Assembly (NCBI GenBank): GCA_958295725.1
Contig: OY282368.1
Location: 2,882,365-2,946,364 of the forward strand
Reading direction: 5' to 3'
DNA length: 64,000 nt
Source: an uncultured Alphaproteobacteria bacterium
GTDB lineage: Bacteria; Pseudomonadota; Alphaproteobacteria; UBA2966
Part shown: piece after piece, positions 39,765 through 49,041 of the stretch
Numbering within the stretch: the stretch's first letter is position 1
Layout of the letters: every line of letters begins with the position of its first letter
Notes under the pieces: generated by a model
Told to the model about the DNA's origin: nothing
The model's input: only the letters and a program-made list of their open reading frames with translations
The model's database searches: none
Translations under genes and position numbers: made by a program

Positions 39765-40714
39765 GGGGACACGCCCCCTTCCACCCAGGCCTTGATCAGG
39801 TGATGGGCGATGGCGTCCGGAGGCGGAATTTCCAGGTCGCCGTCCGCCGCCGCGTAATCGGGGCTTTCGAAGCAGGGGCGAACCTCCTCGCGAGTCAGCC
39901 ACCGGGCGTCCTGGAGCTCCTCGGGATCGATGGTGATCTCCTCGTTCTCGGCCTCGCCCAGGCAACCGATCATCAGCGACGACGGAAAGGGCCAGGGCTG
40001 GGAAGAGTGATAAGTCACGGCGCCGACGACGATTCCGGCCTCCTCCAGCACCTCGCGCCGGACCGCCTCCTCGATCGACTCGCCGGGATCCACGAAACCG
40101 GCCAACGCGGAATACCGCCTGCGCGTCGGGAACCGTTTGTTGCGCCCCAACAGACACCGGTCGTCCCGCGCGATCAGCATAATGACGACGGGGTCCGTGC
40201 GCGGGAAATGTTGCGCCTTGCACGTCTCGTTCCGGCAAACCCGCATGTATCCGGCCTCGCCGAGCCTCGTAGGCGAGCCGCAGACAGCGCAGAAACCATG
40301 ACGATCGTGCCAGTCGATGAGTGCTCGCGACTGGGCGAGGATGGCCGCCTCGCCGGTTGGAATGTCGGACGCCAGAGGCCGCGCCTCCACGAAGCTGCCC
40401 CGACCCGCAAGCACCCCTTCCGTCGTCGGATCTTCTCCGCCCCTGGCACCGGCGGCGAAGCGCGGGGCGCCTCCGTCGAGACCGAGAAAGACGAGGTCCG
40501 CGTCGTCTCCCGCGAATGCCGGCAGATCCGCCATCGGCCGCCAAGCGAGACGCGGCTCGGGTTCCAAGGTCACCAGCACCCGGAGATCCCAAAGCGGAAG
40601 GAAGCGGCTCTCCGGCGACAAGATCAGACGATCGAGCTCGTCGGGCCGGCGTCGGACGTTCGCGGCGCGATCCAAGGGGTTTCCCGCGAACGTATGCGGC
40701 TGGGTACGCGTCAT
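39761..40714 (-). CDS. nudC: NAD(+)/NADH diphosphatase NudC, copy 1
   Basis: FAGNPLDR, CAVC..C....C, FPRTDP, GESIEEAVRREVLEEAG, SQPWPFP. Confidence 0.92.
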   Translation of the reverse strand: MTRTQPHTFAGNPLDRAANVRRRPDELDRLILSPESRFLPLWDLRVLVTLEPEPRLAWRPMADLPAFAGDDADLVFLGLDGGAPRFAAGARGGEDPTTEGVLAGRGSFVEARPLASDIPTGEAAILAQSRALIDWHDRHGFCAVCGSPTRLGEAGYMRVCRNETCKAQHFPRTDPVVIMLIARDDRCLLGRNKRFPTRRRYSALAGFVDPGESIEEAVRREVLEEAGIVVGAVTYHSSQPWPFPSSLMIGCLGEAENEEITIDPEELQDARWLTREEVRPCFESPDYAAADGDLEIPPPDAIAHHLIKAWVEGGVSP

Positions 40715-40806
40715 CGGGGACCGCCGGGGACATCGGATGGGCTAGACAGGAAGCCAGATCGGCACGGAGGCCAAGGTGGCACAGAGGATTGTCCGCGACA
40801 AGCCGG

Positions 40807-41945
40807 TGTCCTGGTTCAGGACATATGAGACACGGGGGTCTCTTTGGCTGTCAGTGAGTGAAGGTACTGGGCGGGGGTGTGTCCGCCAAGGGCCTGGTGC
40901 GGTCTGAAGGTGTTGAATTCGTCGGCGAAGGCGTCGATCCATCGGTTGATGTCGTCGAGGTTGTCGTCGGGCAGGTCCCATGTGGCGTAGAACTCGTATC
41001 TCCAGGCGCCGTTGTTGCGCTCGACGTGACCGTTGAGCTTGGGCGAGCGTGGCGGGAGTTCGAAGAGGTCGATGCCGCGGCGCTGGCATTCGGTCTCGAA
41101 GTCGGCCTTGAACCCGGAGCCTCCATCGACCTGGATGGCTTCGATGGGGAAGGGCATGTCGGCCTGGAGCTTGTCGAGGAAGCGCCTGGCGTTGTGTGCG
41201 GTTGCGCGTCTCCAGGCCTGTGCGCAGGTCCACTTTGCGACGGGGTCATGGGCGGTGAACTGCTTGATGGCGGGCCGGGCTGTGTGTGGCGAGACGGTGA
41301 GGGTGTCGAGTTGGACGATCTCTCCGGGTGTAGTGGGCTTGCGGCCCCTGGGCAGGCGTCTGGCGTATGGTCTGAGGCGCCGGTCGGCGCGCGGTCCGTT
41401 GCGGCGCAAGGTCGGGACCGGGGTGACGGCGCCGCGCTCCATGAGGGTCTTGAGGATGCGGCCCGTGGTGCTCTCGCTTGCCGCGTGCCCGTTGCGTCGG
41501 AGCAGGACGGCGATCTTGGCCTTGCCCCACATGGGGTAGTCGGCGCGTGTCTCCCGGACCGCCGTCACCAGCGCCGCCGACCAGGTGGGCCGGCGCGGGG
41601 TGTGCGGGCGGCGCGAGCACGGCTTGAGGCGGTTGCGGTCCGCCAGCCTCTGCCACCGGTAGAGGGTCGATCTCGGAACGCCGACGGCGTTGGCGGCCGC
41701 TCGTGCGGTCAGGCCGTCGGCCCGGGCTTGGCGCCAGCGCTCAAGGGCGTCGCGCCTGTGCGCTTCGTCGCTCCGCTCCTTGCCGCACAGGCGCGACGCC
41801 AGGGCGGCTCCTCGTGTAATCTGCCGGGGCAGGCCGAAGGTCTGCATGGGGGTTCTCCTTCACGCTGCTTGTTCAACACCAACAGCGTCGGAGACCCCCG
41901 CCCTTACATCAAGGGCCGTGTCTCACATCTGTCTGAACTAGGTCA
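40807..41945 (-). mobile_element. IS481-family insertion sequence with imperfect ~27-bp terminal IRs and 5-bp target duplication GCCGG
   Basis: Left end TGTCCTGGTTCAGGACATATGAGACAC; right end rc TGACCTAGTTCAGACAGATGTGAGACAC; GCCGG at 40802-40806 and 41946-41950. Confidence 0.88.
40816..41847 (-). CDS. IS481-family DDE transposase (integrase core)
   Basis: HTH (VGVPRSTLYRW), IVQLD, IQVDGGS, SPKLNGHVER, RPHQALGGHTP; stop codon lies inside the IR. Confidence 0.9.
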   Translation of the reverse strand: MQTFGLPRQITRGAALASRLCGKERSDEAHRRDALERWRQARADGLTARAAANAVGVPRSTLYRWQRLADRNRLKPCSRRPHTPRRPTWSAALVTAVRETRADYPMWGKAKIAVLLRRNGHAASESTTGRILKTLMERGAVTPVPTLRRNGPRADRRLRPYARRLPRGRKPTTPGEIVQLDTLTVSPHTARPAIKQFTAHDPVAKWTCAQAWRRATAHNARRFLDKLQADMPFPIEAIQVDGGSGFKADFETECQRRGIDLFELPPRSPKLNGHVERNNGAWRYEFYATWDLPDDNLDDINRWIDAFADEFNTFRPHQALGGHTPAQYLHSLTAKETPVSHMS

Positions 41946-41955
41946 GCCGGCGCGC

Positions 41956-41984
41956 TTGTCTTCCAGTCGCGAAACGCCGATAGT
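41956..41984 (+). promoter_or_regulatory. Putative promoter of the SRP RNA (TTGTCT-N17-GATAGT)
   Basis: 17-bp spacing, ending a few bp upstream of the ffs 5' stem. Confidence 0.45.
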
Positions 41985-41988
41985 GCGG

Positions 41989-42090
41989 GCGGGAGATTGG
42001 CCGATGGACGGGCCTCTTCGCCAACCCGGTCAGGTCCGGAAGGAAGCAGCCGTAACGATGTCGGTCCGGGTCGTCCGTCCAATCTCCCGC
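41989..42090 (+). ncRNA. ffs: Signal recognition particle RNA (4.5S)
   Basis: Conserved CCGGTCAGGTCCGGAAGGAAGCAGCCG domain IV; closing stem GCGGGAGATTGG/CCAATCTCCCGC; upstream of dnaX. Confidence 0.95.
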
Positions 42091-42170
42091 CTTGGCCCCG
42101 CCGGCCGGACGATCCGGAGCCGCGCGACCGCTGCGCGAGGGACGTTGGCCGTACCTGTCGCCGGGATACC

Positions 42171-43943
42171 ATGACCGACACTTCAACGTCGTCCCCCTAT
42201 CGCGTTCTCGCACGCAAGTATCGGCCCCGGGCCTTCGGTGACCTTGTCGGCCAGGAGGTTATGGTGCGCACGCTCACCAACGCGATACGGGCCGGGCGGC
42301 TGCCGCACGCGTTCGTGCTGACGGGCGTTCGTGGCGTGGGCAAGACCTCGACCGCGCGCATCATCGCCAAGGCGATGAATTGCACGGGCCGCGGCGACGG
42401 GCCGACGGAGGACCCCTGCGGCGCGTGCGAGCACTGCGTGGCGATCTCAGAGGATCGGCACGTCGACGTGCTCGAGATGGACGCCGCCAGCCACACGGGC
42501 GTCGACGACATCCGCGAGCTCATCGACGGCGTACGGTACGCCCCGGTCACGGGCCGGTACAAGGTCTACATCGTCGACGAGGTCCACATGCTGTCGCGCA
42601 ACGCGTTCAACGCGTTACTGAAGACGCTGGAGGAGCCGCCACCCCATGCGATGTTCGTGTTCGCGACCACGGAGGTCCGCCGCATACCCGTCACCGTGCT
42701 CTCACGCTGCATGCGTTTCGATCTCCGACGTATCGAGGCCGCATCGCTCGTGGATCATCTGGCGCGGATCTGCGAGCTAGAGGCCGTCCGGATCGAGAAG
42801 AGCGCGCTGGACATCGTCGCCCGCGCGGCGGAAGGGTCGGTACGCGACTCCTTGTCGCTTCTCGACCAGGCCGCGACGCTGGCGGACGGAGAGGTCTCGG
42901 TCGCTCGTGTCCGGGACATGCTCGGTCTGGCCGACCGTGCCCAGATGTACGAACTTCTGGAACGGGTGCTGCGCGGGGATGCCGCCGGGGCGTTGGGTGC
43001 GTTCGGCGAGCTCGTCGGCGCGGGGGCCGAACCCGACCTCGTGGTGGAAGACCTTCTCGCGCTGACCCACTGGCTGACCCGGCTGAAGGTGGTTCCGGAC
43101 TCGCTCGGCGACCCGACCGTCGCCGAGACGGACCGCGCGCACGGCGAGCGCATGGCGGCCGGCCTCTCCATGCCGGCCTTGACGCGAGCCTGGCAGATAT
43201 TGCTCAAGGGACTGAACGAGGTGAGATCGGCGCCTTCTCCGGGCGCGGCCGCCGAGATGGTCATCGTGCGCCTCGGGTACGCGGCGAACCTGCCCCCGCC
43301 GGCGGAGATCGTTCGCCGGTTGACGGAGGCGGACAGCGGCGCGACGGCCACCGCGGCGGGCGATGCATCCAATGCCGGAGACCGGACGGCAGGGGCCTCC
43401 ACGGCCGCGGGAGGCGGCGCATCTCCCGTCCCGGCCGGTAGCGCGGCCACGGTGGCGGCACCCTCGCTCCCCCGGGAATCCGGAACCGCCCCGATCGTGC
43501 GGAGCGCTCCGGAACCGGCCCACGGGCGGGCGCTGACCGATTTCGAGGCCGTCGTCGATTTCGTTCGCGAGATGAAGGAGCCGATCCTCGCGACGGAGTT
43601 GCGGAACAACGTCCGCCTCGTCGGTTTCGAGCCCGGACGGATCGAGCTTCGACTGGACGACAAGGCGAGACCCGACCTGCCCGGCCATCTCGGAGGTCTG
43701 CTGAGCGAAGGCACGGGACGCCGTTGGGTGATCTCGGTCTCGCGGGCCGAGGGCGCACCGACGCTGAACCAGCAGGCGGAATCGGCCGAACGGGATCGCC
43801 GGACCCGGATCGAGCGGCACCCGCTGGTGCGAAAGGCGCTGGATACCTTTCCAGGCGCCGAGATCCGGGATATCCGGGAAGCGGCATCGCTCGCCGACAC
43901 GGGAGAGATGTCAGTAGCTCCCGAGGAAGAGGAAGACCTCTAA
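42171..43943 (+). CDS. dnaX: DNA polymerase III subunit gamma/tau
   Basis: YRVLARKYRP, GVRGVGKT, Cys cluster, DEVHML, KTLEEPP, SRC; Ala/Pro linker and alphaproteobacterial C-terminal domain. Confidence 0.97.
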   Translation: MTDTSTSSPYRVLARKYRPRAFGDLVGQEVMVRTLTNAIRAGRLPHAFVLTGVRGVGKTSTARIIAKAMNCTGRGDGPTEDPCGACEHCVAISEDRHVDVLEMDAASHTGVDDIRELIDGVRYAPVTGRYKVYIVDEVHMLSRNAFNALLKTLEEPPPHAMFVFATTEVRRIPVTVLSRCMRFDLRRIEAASLVDHLARICELEAVRIEKSALDIVARAAEGSVRDSLSLLDQAATLADGEVSVARVRDMLGLADRAQMYELLERVLRGDAAGALGAFGELVGAGAEPDLVVEDLLALTHWLTRLKVVPDSLGDPTVAETDRAHGERMAAGLSMPALTRAWQILLKGLNEVRSAPSPGAAAEMVIVRLGYAANLPPPAEIVRRLTEADSGATATAAGDASNAGDRTAGASTAAGGGASPVPAGSAATVAAPSLPRESGTAPIVRSAPEPAHGRALTDFEAVVDFVREMKEPILATELRNNVRLVGFEPGRIELRLDDKARPDLPGHLGGLLSEGTGRRWVISVSRAEGAPTLNQQAESAERDRRTRIERHPLVRKALDTFPGAEIRDIREAASLADTGEMSVAPEEEEDL

Positions 43944-44010
43944 GCCGTGTTGATGAATTGGTGGAATTTGTGGATGATAGTTCTCCGTCGATGGTCTTGG
44001 GAGAACAAGC

Positions 44011-44131
44011 ATGGCCTTACGCCTACTCATCAGCGATGCTCTGTGGTCGAAAATCGAACCCGTGCTCCAGGAGCTCAAGCACGCCGCCGGCAGCCCGTCG
44101 GCGCTCAGCGACCGGATGTTCATCGAGGGCC
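44011..44131 (+). pseudogene. IS5-family transposase N-terminal fragment
   Basis: MALRLLISDALWSKIEPVLQELKHAAGSPSALSDRMFIEG; resemblance to the family stops at the CTAG. Confidence 0.7.
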
Positions 44132-44257
44132 TAGACTCCTTGAACGGAGAGCAGATTGATCTCTGATTCGAACCAGATGGCGGGGCGATGTATCGGAATC
44201 TCGAATGGGCTGGTACAGTTGCCATCCTCAGCACTATTGTTGGAGTCTGACTGACCC

Positions 44258-44734
44258 ATGAACAAGAAGGCGGCAGCGACAGTCATTGTCGCGTTTTTCC
44301 TCGTCGGCTGCGCAGCCCTAGAGCGTGCGGAATGCAACCTTTCCAGTAACGCCCGTCATGTTTGGAGGCTTGTCGATTCCGCCGACCGCGAGGCGAGAGC
44401 TGCCCTACTCCGCACAGACGACAGCAACGCCGAGGTAGTCCTCGCGGCTTGGAGTCGTGTCCAAGCGCATAGCGGCCGCGCGCTTCAGGCTGCACGCGAT
44501 GCCAGCTATCACAGATTCGAGGACGCTGCGAGGACAGCGTATCTCGACCTGCTCACTTTGAACGAGGCTGCGACCGATGCATACCAAGCTGTTACGGACG
44601 CTCTTTCCCGCGCCCGCGATGCTGTCTTGATCGAGCGAGCCGAGACTGCCAAACAGGCCGTAGTCCGGGCGGGCGGGGCTGCCCTCAAGTCCGCCCGTCG
44701 CGCGTCCGTCCTTTACTCGTATCCAGGGTGCTAG
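44258..44734 (+). CDS. Hypothetical lipoprotein (cargo)
   Basis: MNKKAAATVIVAFFLVG|C lipobox; Ala-rich helical body; codon usage less GC-biased than flanking genes. Confidence 0.65.
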   Translation: MNKKAAATVIVAFFLVGCAALERAECNLSSNARHVWRLVDSADREARAALLRTDDSNAEVVLAAWSRVQAHSGRALQAARDASYHRFEDAARTAYLDLLTLNEAATDAYQAVTDALSRARDAVLIERAETAKQAVVRAGGAALKSARRASVLYSYPGC

Positions 44735-44827
44735 CCCAGTAGAGACGAGCGCTCCATACGGCTGTGGCCGAAGTCCAGCGGCTCGCCGAACGTTAATCGT
44801 CCGCTCGAATCATGTTAGGAGAGGAGA

Positions 44828-45001
44828 ATGCAGAGAGTCAGTAAACCATGCTTGAAGCAGGTTCAAGAAGCCCTTGGAGTGTACGAGGAAGAAGTCGAAG
44901 CTTCAAGGTTGGCGCATTCAACCAAACGAACTTATCTGCAACACGCCGGAGAATTTGTTCGTTGGTTAGAAGGTGACTTTAAGCCGGGCGTGAATGTATG
45001 A
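44828..45001 (+). CDS. 57-aa hypothetical protein (cargo), below the ORF-track cutoff
   Basis: Strong RBS GGAGAGGAG then MQRVSKPCLKQVQEALGVYEEEVEASRLAHSTKRTYLQHAGEFVRWLEGDFKPGVNV*. Confidence 0.65.
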   Translation: MQRVSKPCLKQVQEALGVYEEEVEASRLAHSTKRTYLQHAGEFVRWLEGDFKPGVNV

Positions 45002-45015
45002 GATGACAGAGACTA

Positions 45016-45336
45016 GGCCGTGTTGACGAGGCGCCGGCGTTGCCCGCCTTGACGGCCGTGGTGATGGACAAGGCGTATGACGGCAACGCCATTCATCGGT
45101 TCTTGGCCGTGCGGGGGATCGAGGCTGTCATCCCGTCGAAAGCGAACCGGACCGAACCGATCCCTCACGATGCGCGGAAGTACGGGTCGCGGGAGAAGGT
45201 CGAGCGGTTCTTCAACAAGCTCAAGCAGTTCCGCCGCATCGCCACCCGCTACGAGAAGCTCGGTCGGACGTTCCTAGCGTTTGTTCATGTCGTGTCCGCA
45301 TGGATCGCACTCCGACAATTCGTCGACACAGCCTAG
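45016..45336 (+). pseudogene. IS5-family transposase C-terminal fragment
   Basis: VVMDKAYD...[11 protein letters not shown]...[26 protein letters not shown]; stop overlaps the right IR. Confidence 0.85.
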
Positions 45337-45354
45337 AAACCGGAGGGGATCGTC

Positions 45355-45678
45355 ATGCGCAACCTGGGCGAGATGATGAAGCAGGCGCAGGAGATGCAAG
45401 CCAGAATGGGCGAAGCCCAGGAGCGGATCGGAGCCATGCAGGTCACCGGGGTCTCGGGCGGCGGCATGGTCGAGGTGACGTTATCCGGCAAGAGCGACAT
45501 GCGACGGGTCCAGATCGACCCGTCCCTGCTCGGGGGCGACGACAAGGAGATGCTCGAGGACCTCATCGTCGCCGCGCACAACGACGCGAAGGCCAAGGCC
45601 GAAGAGCTCGTGCGGGAAGAAATAGCGAAGGTGACGGGCGCGCTCAAACTGCCGCCGGGCCTCGCGCTGCCATTCTGA
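45355..45678 (+). CDS. ybaB: Nucleoid-associated protein YbaB/EbfC
   Basis: [33 protein letters not shown]; upstream of recR. Confidence 0.95.
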   Translation: MRNLGEMMKQAQEMQARMGEAQERIGAMQVTGVSGGGMVEVTLSGKSDMRRVQIDPSLLGGDDKEMLEDLIVAAHNDAKAKAEELVREEIAKVTGALKLPPGLALPF

Positions 45679-45698
45679 CCGCATCCCGCCCTCCAGGC

Positions 45699-46292
45699 AT
45701 GCGTGACGGCCACATCGAACGCTTGATTCAGTTGCTGGCCCGGCTTCCCGGCCTGGGTCCGCGCTCGGCGCGCCGCGCCGCCCTGCATCTCGTCAAGCGC
45801 AGGGATACGCTCCTCGAACCGCTGGCCCGGGCCCTGAACGCCGTCGCCGACGCCGTTCGTCCCTGCTCGACGTGCGGAAACCTGGATGCCGTGGACCCCT
45901 GCGGGGTTTGCGTGGACGGCCGCCGGGATCCATCCCGGATCTGCGTTGTGGAAGAGGTCGCGGACCTTTGGGCGCTCGAACGCGCCGGCGTCTTTCGCGG
46001 GCGGTATCAGGTTCTGGGCGGCACGCTGTCCGCGCTGGACGGCATCGGGCCGGAGGACCTCAACATCGCCAGCCTGATCGCCCGCGCGAGAAAGCCGGAG
46101 GTCAGGGAAATCATTCTCGCCCTCAATGCGACCGTCGATGGCCAGACGACGACCCATTACATCCATGATTGCCTCGCGGCGTGCGACGTCGACGTCTCGC
46201 AGCTCGCCCATGGCGTCCCGGTGGGCGGCGAGCTCGACTATCTCGACGACGGGACCATCGGGGCGGCATTGAAATCCCGTCGTCGAATGTAG
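45699..46292 (+). CDS. recR: Recombination mediator RecR
   Basis: [12 protein letters not shown]4 zinc finger, [29 protein letters not shown]. Confidence 0.97.
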   Translation: MRDGHIERLIQLLARLPGLGPRSARRAALHLVKRRDTLLEPLARALNAVADAVRPCSTCGNLDAVDPCGVCVDGRRDPSRICVVEEVADLWALERAGVFRGRYQVLGGTLSALDGIGPEDLNIASLIARARKPEVREIILALNATVDGQTTTHYIHDCLAACDVDVSQLAHGVPVGGELDYLDDGTIGAALKSRRRM

Positions 46293-46293
46293 G

Positions 46294-47376
46294 TCACCCC
46301 GTGTCGCGTTCCGGGGGCGGCAACGGTTGAACCCGGGCGTCCGGACTCTCGTCGCCGGCTTCCATCTCGCCGATTCGGATGTTCTCGATGTTCTCGCCCC
46401 GCTTGATCACCTTGTCCGTGGAGATGCGGATCTGGCGCATATCTTCCCCCGCTTGGTCGAAGTGCCGGTGCAGCTTGAAGACGCGGTCGTCGAGTCGAAC
46501 AACGTCCTTCAACAGGGCCTGTACTTCCCGCTGGACGACGCCAGCCTGTTCCCGCATCCGCGCGTCCTGAAGGACCGCGCGGACCGTGTTGAGGGTGGCC
46601 ATCAGCGTGGTCGGCGAAACGATCCACACGCGGCGGCGAAACGATTTCTCAAGCGGGCCCGGAAAGTTGGCGTGGAGCTCGGCGTAGACGGCTTCGGCGG
46701 GAAGGAACATCAGCGCCGACTCCGCCGTCTCGCCAGGAACGATGTAGCGGTCCGCGATGTCGCCGACATGTTTCAGGATGTCCCGCGCGAACGACTGGGC
46801 GGCGGCCGCCCGAGCCGCCTCGTCCTCCGCCGACCGCAGGGCGCGATAGCTCTCAAGCGGAAACTTCGCGTCCACGACGATCGGCCCCGGCGGATTGGGA
46901 AGTCTGATCAGGCAATCGGCCCGTCGGTTGTTCGACAACGTGGCCTGGAACTCGTAGGCGGACGGCGGCAGCGCGGAGCGCACGAGATCGTGAAGCTGGA
47001 GCTCTCCGAAGGCGCCTCGCGCCTGCTTGTTGGCGAGGATGTCCTGAAGTCCGACGACATGCCCGCTCAACTCCGCGATGTTCTTCTGCGCCTCGTCGAG
47101 AACGTCGAGGTGCTTCTTGAGGTCTCCGAGCGTTTCGGCGGTACGGGCCGCCGACCGTTCCAGCCCCTCGCCCAGCCTGTGGGTAACGCCGTCGAGGCGC
47201 TCGTCGAGTGCGCGCCGCAATTCCGCCCGGTCCGCCTTCGCGCTCTCCGCGATCTGGGCGATACGACCGCGCGTTTCCCGTTGCGCGCCGATCAGGAACG
47301 CGGCGAGGAAAACGGCGCCAGCCAGCAGCACGGCGGCCACGACCATGGCGACGACGACGAGACCCGCCGCGTCCAT
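46294..47376 (-). CDS. rmuC: DNA recombination protein RmuC
   Basis: N-terminal TM, NKQARGAFGE.QL, VDAKFPL, MFLPAEAVY, VSPTTLMATL. Confidence 0.92.
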   Translation of the reverse strand: MDAAGLVVVAMVVAAVLLAGAVFLAAFLIGAQRETRGRIAQIAESAKADRAELRRALDERLDGVTHRLGEGLERSAARTAETLGDLKKHLDVLDEAQKNIAELSGHVVGLQDILANKQARGAFGELQLHDLVRSALPPSAYEFQATLSNNRRADCLIRLPNPPGPIVVDAKFPLESYRALRSAEDEAARAAAAQSFARDILKHVGDIADRYIVPGETAESALMFLPAEAVYAELHANFPGPLEKSFRRRVWIVSPTTLMATLNTVRAVLQDARMREQAGVVQREVQALLKDVVRLDDRVFKLHRHFDQAGEDMRQIRISTDKVIKRGENIENIRIGEMEAGDESPDARVQPLPPPERDTG

Positions 47377-47581
47377 CAACGCTTGGTCCGGCTACGCATC
47401 GCCGCCACCGTAGCACATCCGCGGAACCCGTCGCGGCCGCGAGGAAGGAAGCCGTCGTTCCAGCCGGGACGCGACATATCCTCCAAAAATCCGAAAGCGC
47501 CCCCCTCCTGGCGTTTGCCCCTTTGCCGGAGACGCGACCTGGGGTAAGGAAGTCGCCGCCGATCAGAGGATACGAACGTCC

Positions 47582-48106
47582 ATGGCGATATTGCCCATCA
47601 TCACGGCCCCGAGCCCGAAGCTGAAGGCGATCTCCGGGGAGGTCGAACGCGTCGACGACGACGTGCGCCGGTTGCTCGACGACATGCTGGAAACCATGTA
47701 CGCGGCTCCAGGCATCGGACTGACCGCCATCCAGGTGGGCGTTCCCAGACGCGCGATCGTCATCGATCTGGGCCGGGAGGCGCAGCCGGCGGGACCTCTC
47801 TTCCTCGTCAATCCCGAGATCGCGTGGTCCTCCGAAGAGCTCCTCGAAAGAGAGGAAGGCTGCCTCTCCCTGCCGGATCAATACGCGGATGTCATCCGCC
47901 CGTCGGAAGTGAAGATCGGTTATCTCGACTACGACAACGTGCGGCGCGAAATCCATGCCGACCAGATACTCTCGACGTGCATCCAGCACGAGATGGACCA
48001 TCTCGACGGCATTCTGTTCGTAGACCGCCTCTCCGCCGTAAAGCGGAACATCATCGTCCGCAAGCTCGCCAAGGCACGCAGACAGGCGCGGTACGCCACG
48101 GCCTGA
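47582..48106 (+). CDS. def: Peptide deformylase
   Basis: GIGLTAIQVG, EGCLS, QHEMDHLDG. Confidence 0.97.
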   Translation: MAILPIITAPSPKLKAISGEVERVDDDVRRLLDDMLETMYAAPGIGLTAIQVGVPRRAIVIDLGREAQPAGPLFLVNPEIAWSSEELLEREEGCLSLPDQYADVIRPSEVKIGYLDYDNVRREIHADQILSTCIQHEMDHLDGILFVDRLSAVKRNIIVRKLAKARRQARYATA

Positions 48107-48113
48107 TCCCGAC

Positions 48114-49037
48114 ATGGCGCTTCAGTTGGTTTTCATGGGCACACCCGATTTCGCGGTGCCGTCCCTGTCGGCGCTGTTCGATGCCGGCCACGACGTGGCG
48201 CGGGTTTACACACGGCCGCCACGGCCAGCGGGCCGCGGCAAACAGGCCCGGCCCACGCCGGTGCACGAGTCCGCGACCCGGCTCGGCATCGCGGTCCGGA
48301 CCCCGGAGACCCTGCGCGCGGAGGAAGAGCGCGGCCACCTCGCGTCGCTTGGCCTCGACGCCATCGTGGTCGTGGCCTACGGGCTCGTTCTGCCGAAGCC
48401 GGTACTCGACATCCCACGACTCGGTTGCCTCAACGTCCATGCGTCACTTCTGCCGCGCTGGCGCGGGGCGGCACCCATCCAGCGCGCATTGATGGCCGGC
48501 GACACCGAGTCGGGAGTCAGCATCATGTCGATGGACGAGGGGGTGGATACCGGCCCGGTATATCTCCAGCGTCGGATCCCTATCTCGGCGGACGAAACCG
48601 CGGGCTCCCTGTACGATCGTCTGGCCCGGTCGGGCGCCGAACTGATGGTCGAATCCCTGATCGGGTTGCGCGACGGAACCCTCGAACCGACGGCCCAGTT
48701 CGAGGAGGACGCGACCTACGCGCCAAGGATCCAACGTTCCGAAGAGGAGATCGACTGGCGGCGTTCCGCGACCGAGATCGACCGCCGGATCAGGGCGCTG
48801 GCCCCGACGCCCGGTGCCTGGTTCCACCATGCCGGAGAACGCCTCAAGGTATTCGCATGTACGAAAACGAACGAGCTCTCGGGCGCGCCGGGCGAAGTCC
48901 TGGACGACCGGCTCACCGTCGCCTGCGGCGACGGCGCGCTCCGCCTCGACCGGATCCAGCGCGAAGGCCGCCGGGCGACGGACACCCGCGCGTTCCTGCG
49001 CGGCCGGCCGCTGCCGACGGGTACGCTGCTGGGCTAA
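48114..49037 (+). CDS. fmt: Methionyl-tRNA formyltransferase
   Basis: [32 protein letters not shown]. Confidence 0.97.
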   Translation: MALQLVFMGTPDFAVPSLSALFDAGHDVARVYTRPPRPAGRGKQARPTPVHESATRLGIAVRTPETLRAEEERGHLASLGLDAIVVVAYGLVLPKPVLDIPRLGCLNVHASLLPRWRGAAPIQRALMAGDTESGVSIMSMDEGVDTGPVYLQRRIPISADETAGSLYDRLARSGAELMVESLIGLRDGTLEPTAQFEEDATYAPRIQRSEEEIDWRRSATEIDRRIRALAPTPGAWFHHAGERLKVFACTKTNELSGAPGEVLDDRLTVACGDGALRLDRIQREGRRATDTRAFLRGRPLPTGTLLG

Positions 49038-49041
49038 GGCC

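Larger units (their letters stand above)
43943..45333 (+). mobile_element. IS5-family-derived composite element inserted in the dnaX stop codon (TA duplication), carrying ~880 bp of cargo
   Basis: Outer IRs AGCCGTGTTGATGAATTG and rc GGCTGTGTCGACGAATTG (14/18 identical); internal CTAG junctions at 44131-44134 and 45013-45016; transposase N- and C-terminal fragments. Confidence 0.8.

Noticed and set aside
38820..40733. 637-aa ORF suggesting a long nudC fusion
   Set aside because: The upstream half is an off-frame read of nudC copy 1; copy 2 starts at GTG 39764.
42171..43943. Programmed frameshift in dnaX (gamma/tau)
   Set aside because: No A-AAA-AAG or poly-A slippery site seen in the linker region.
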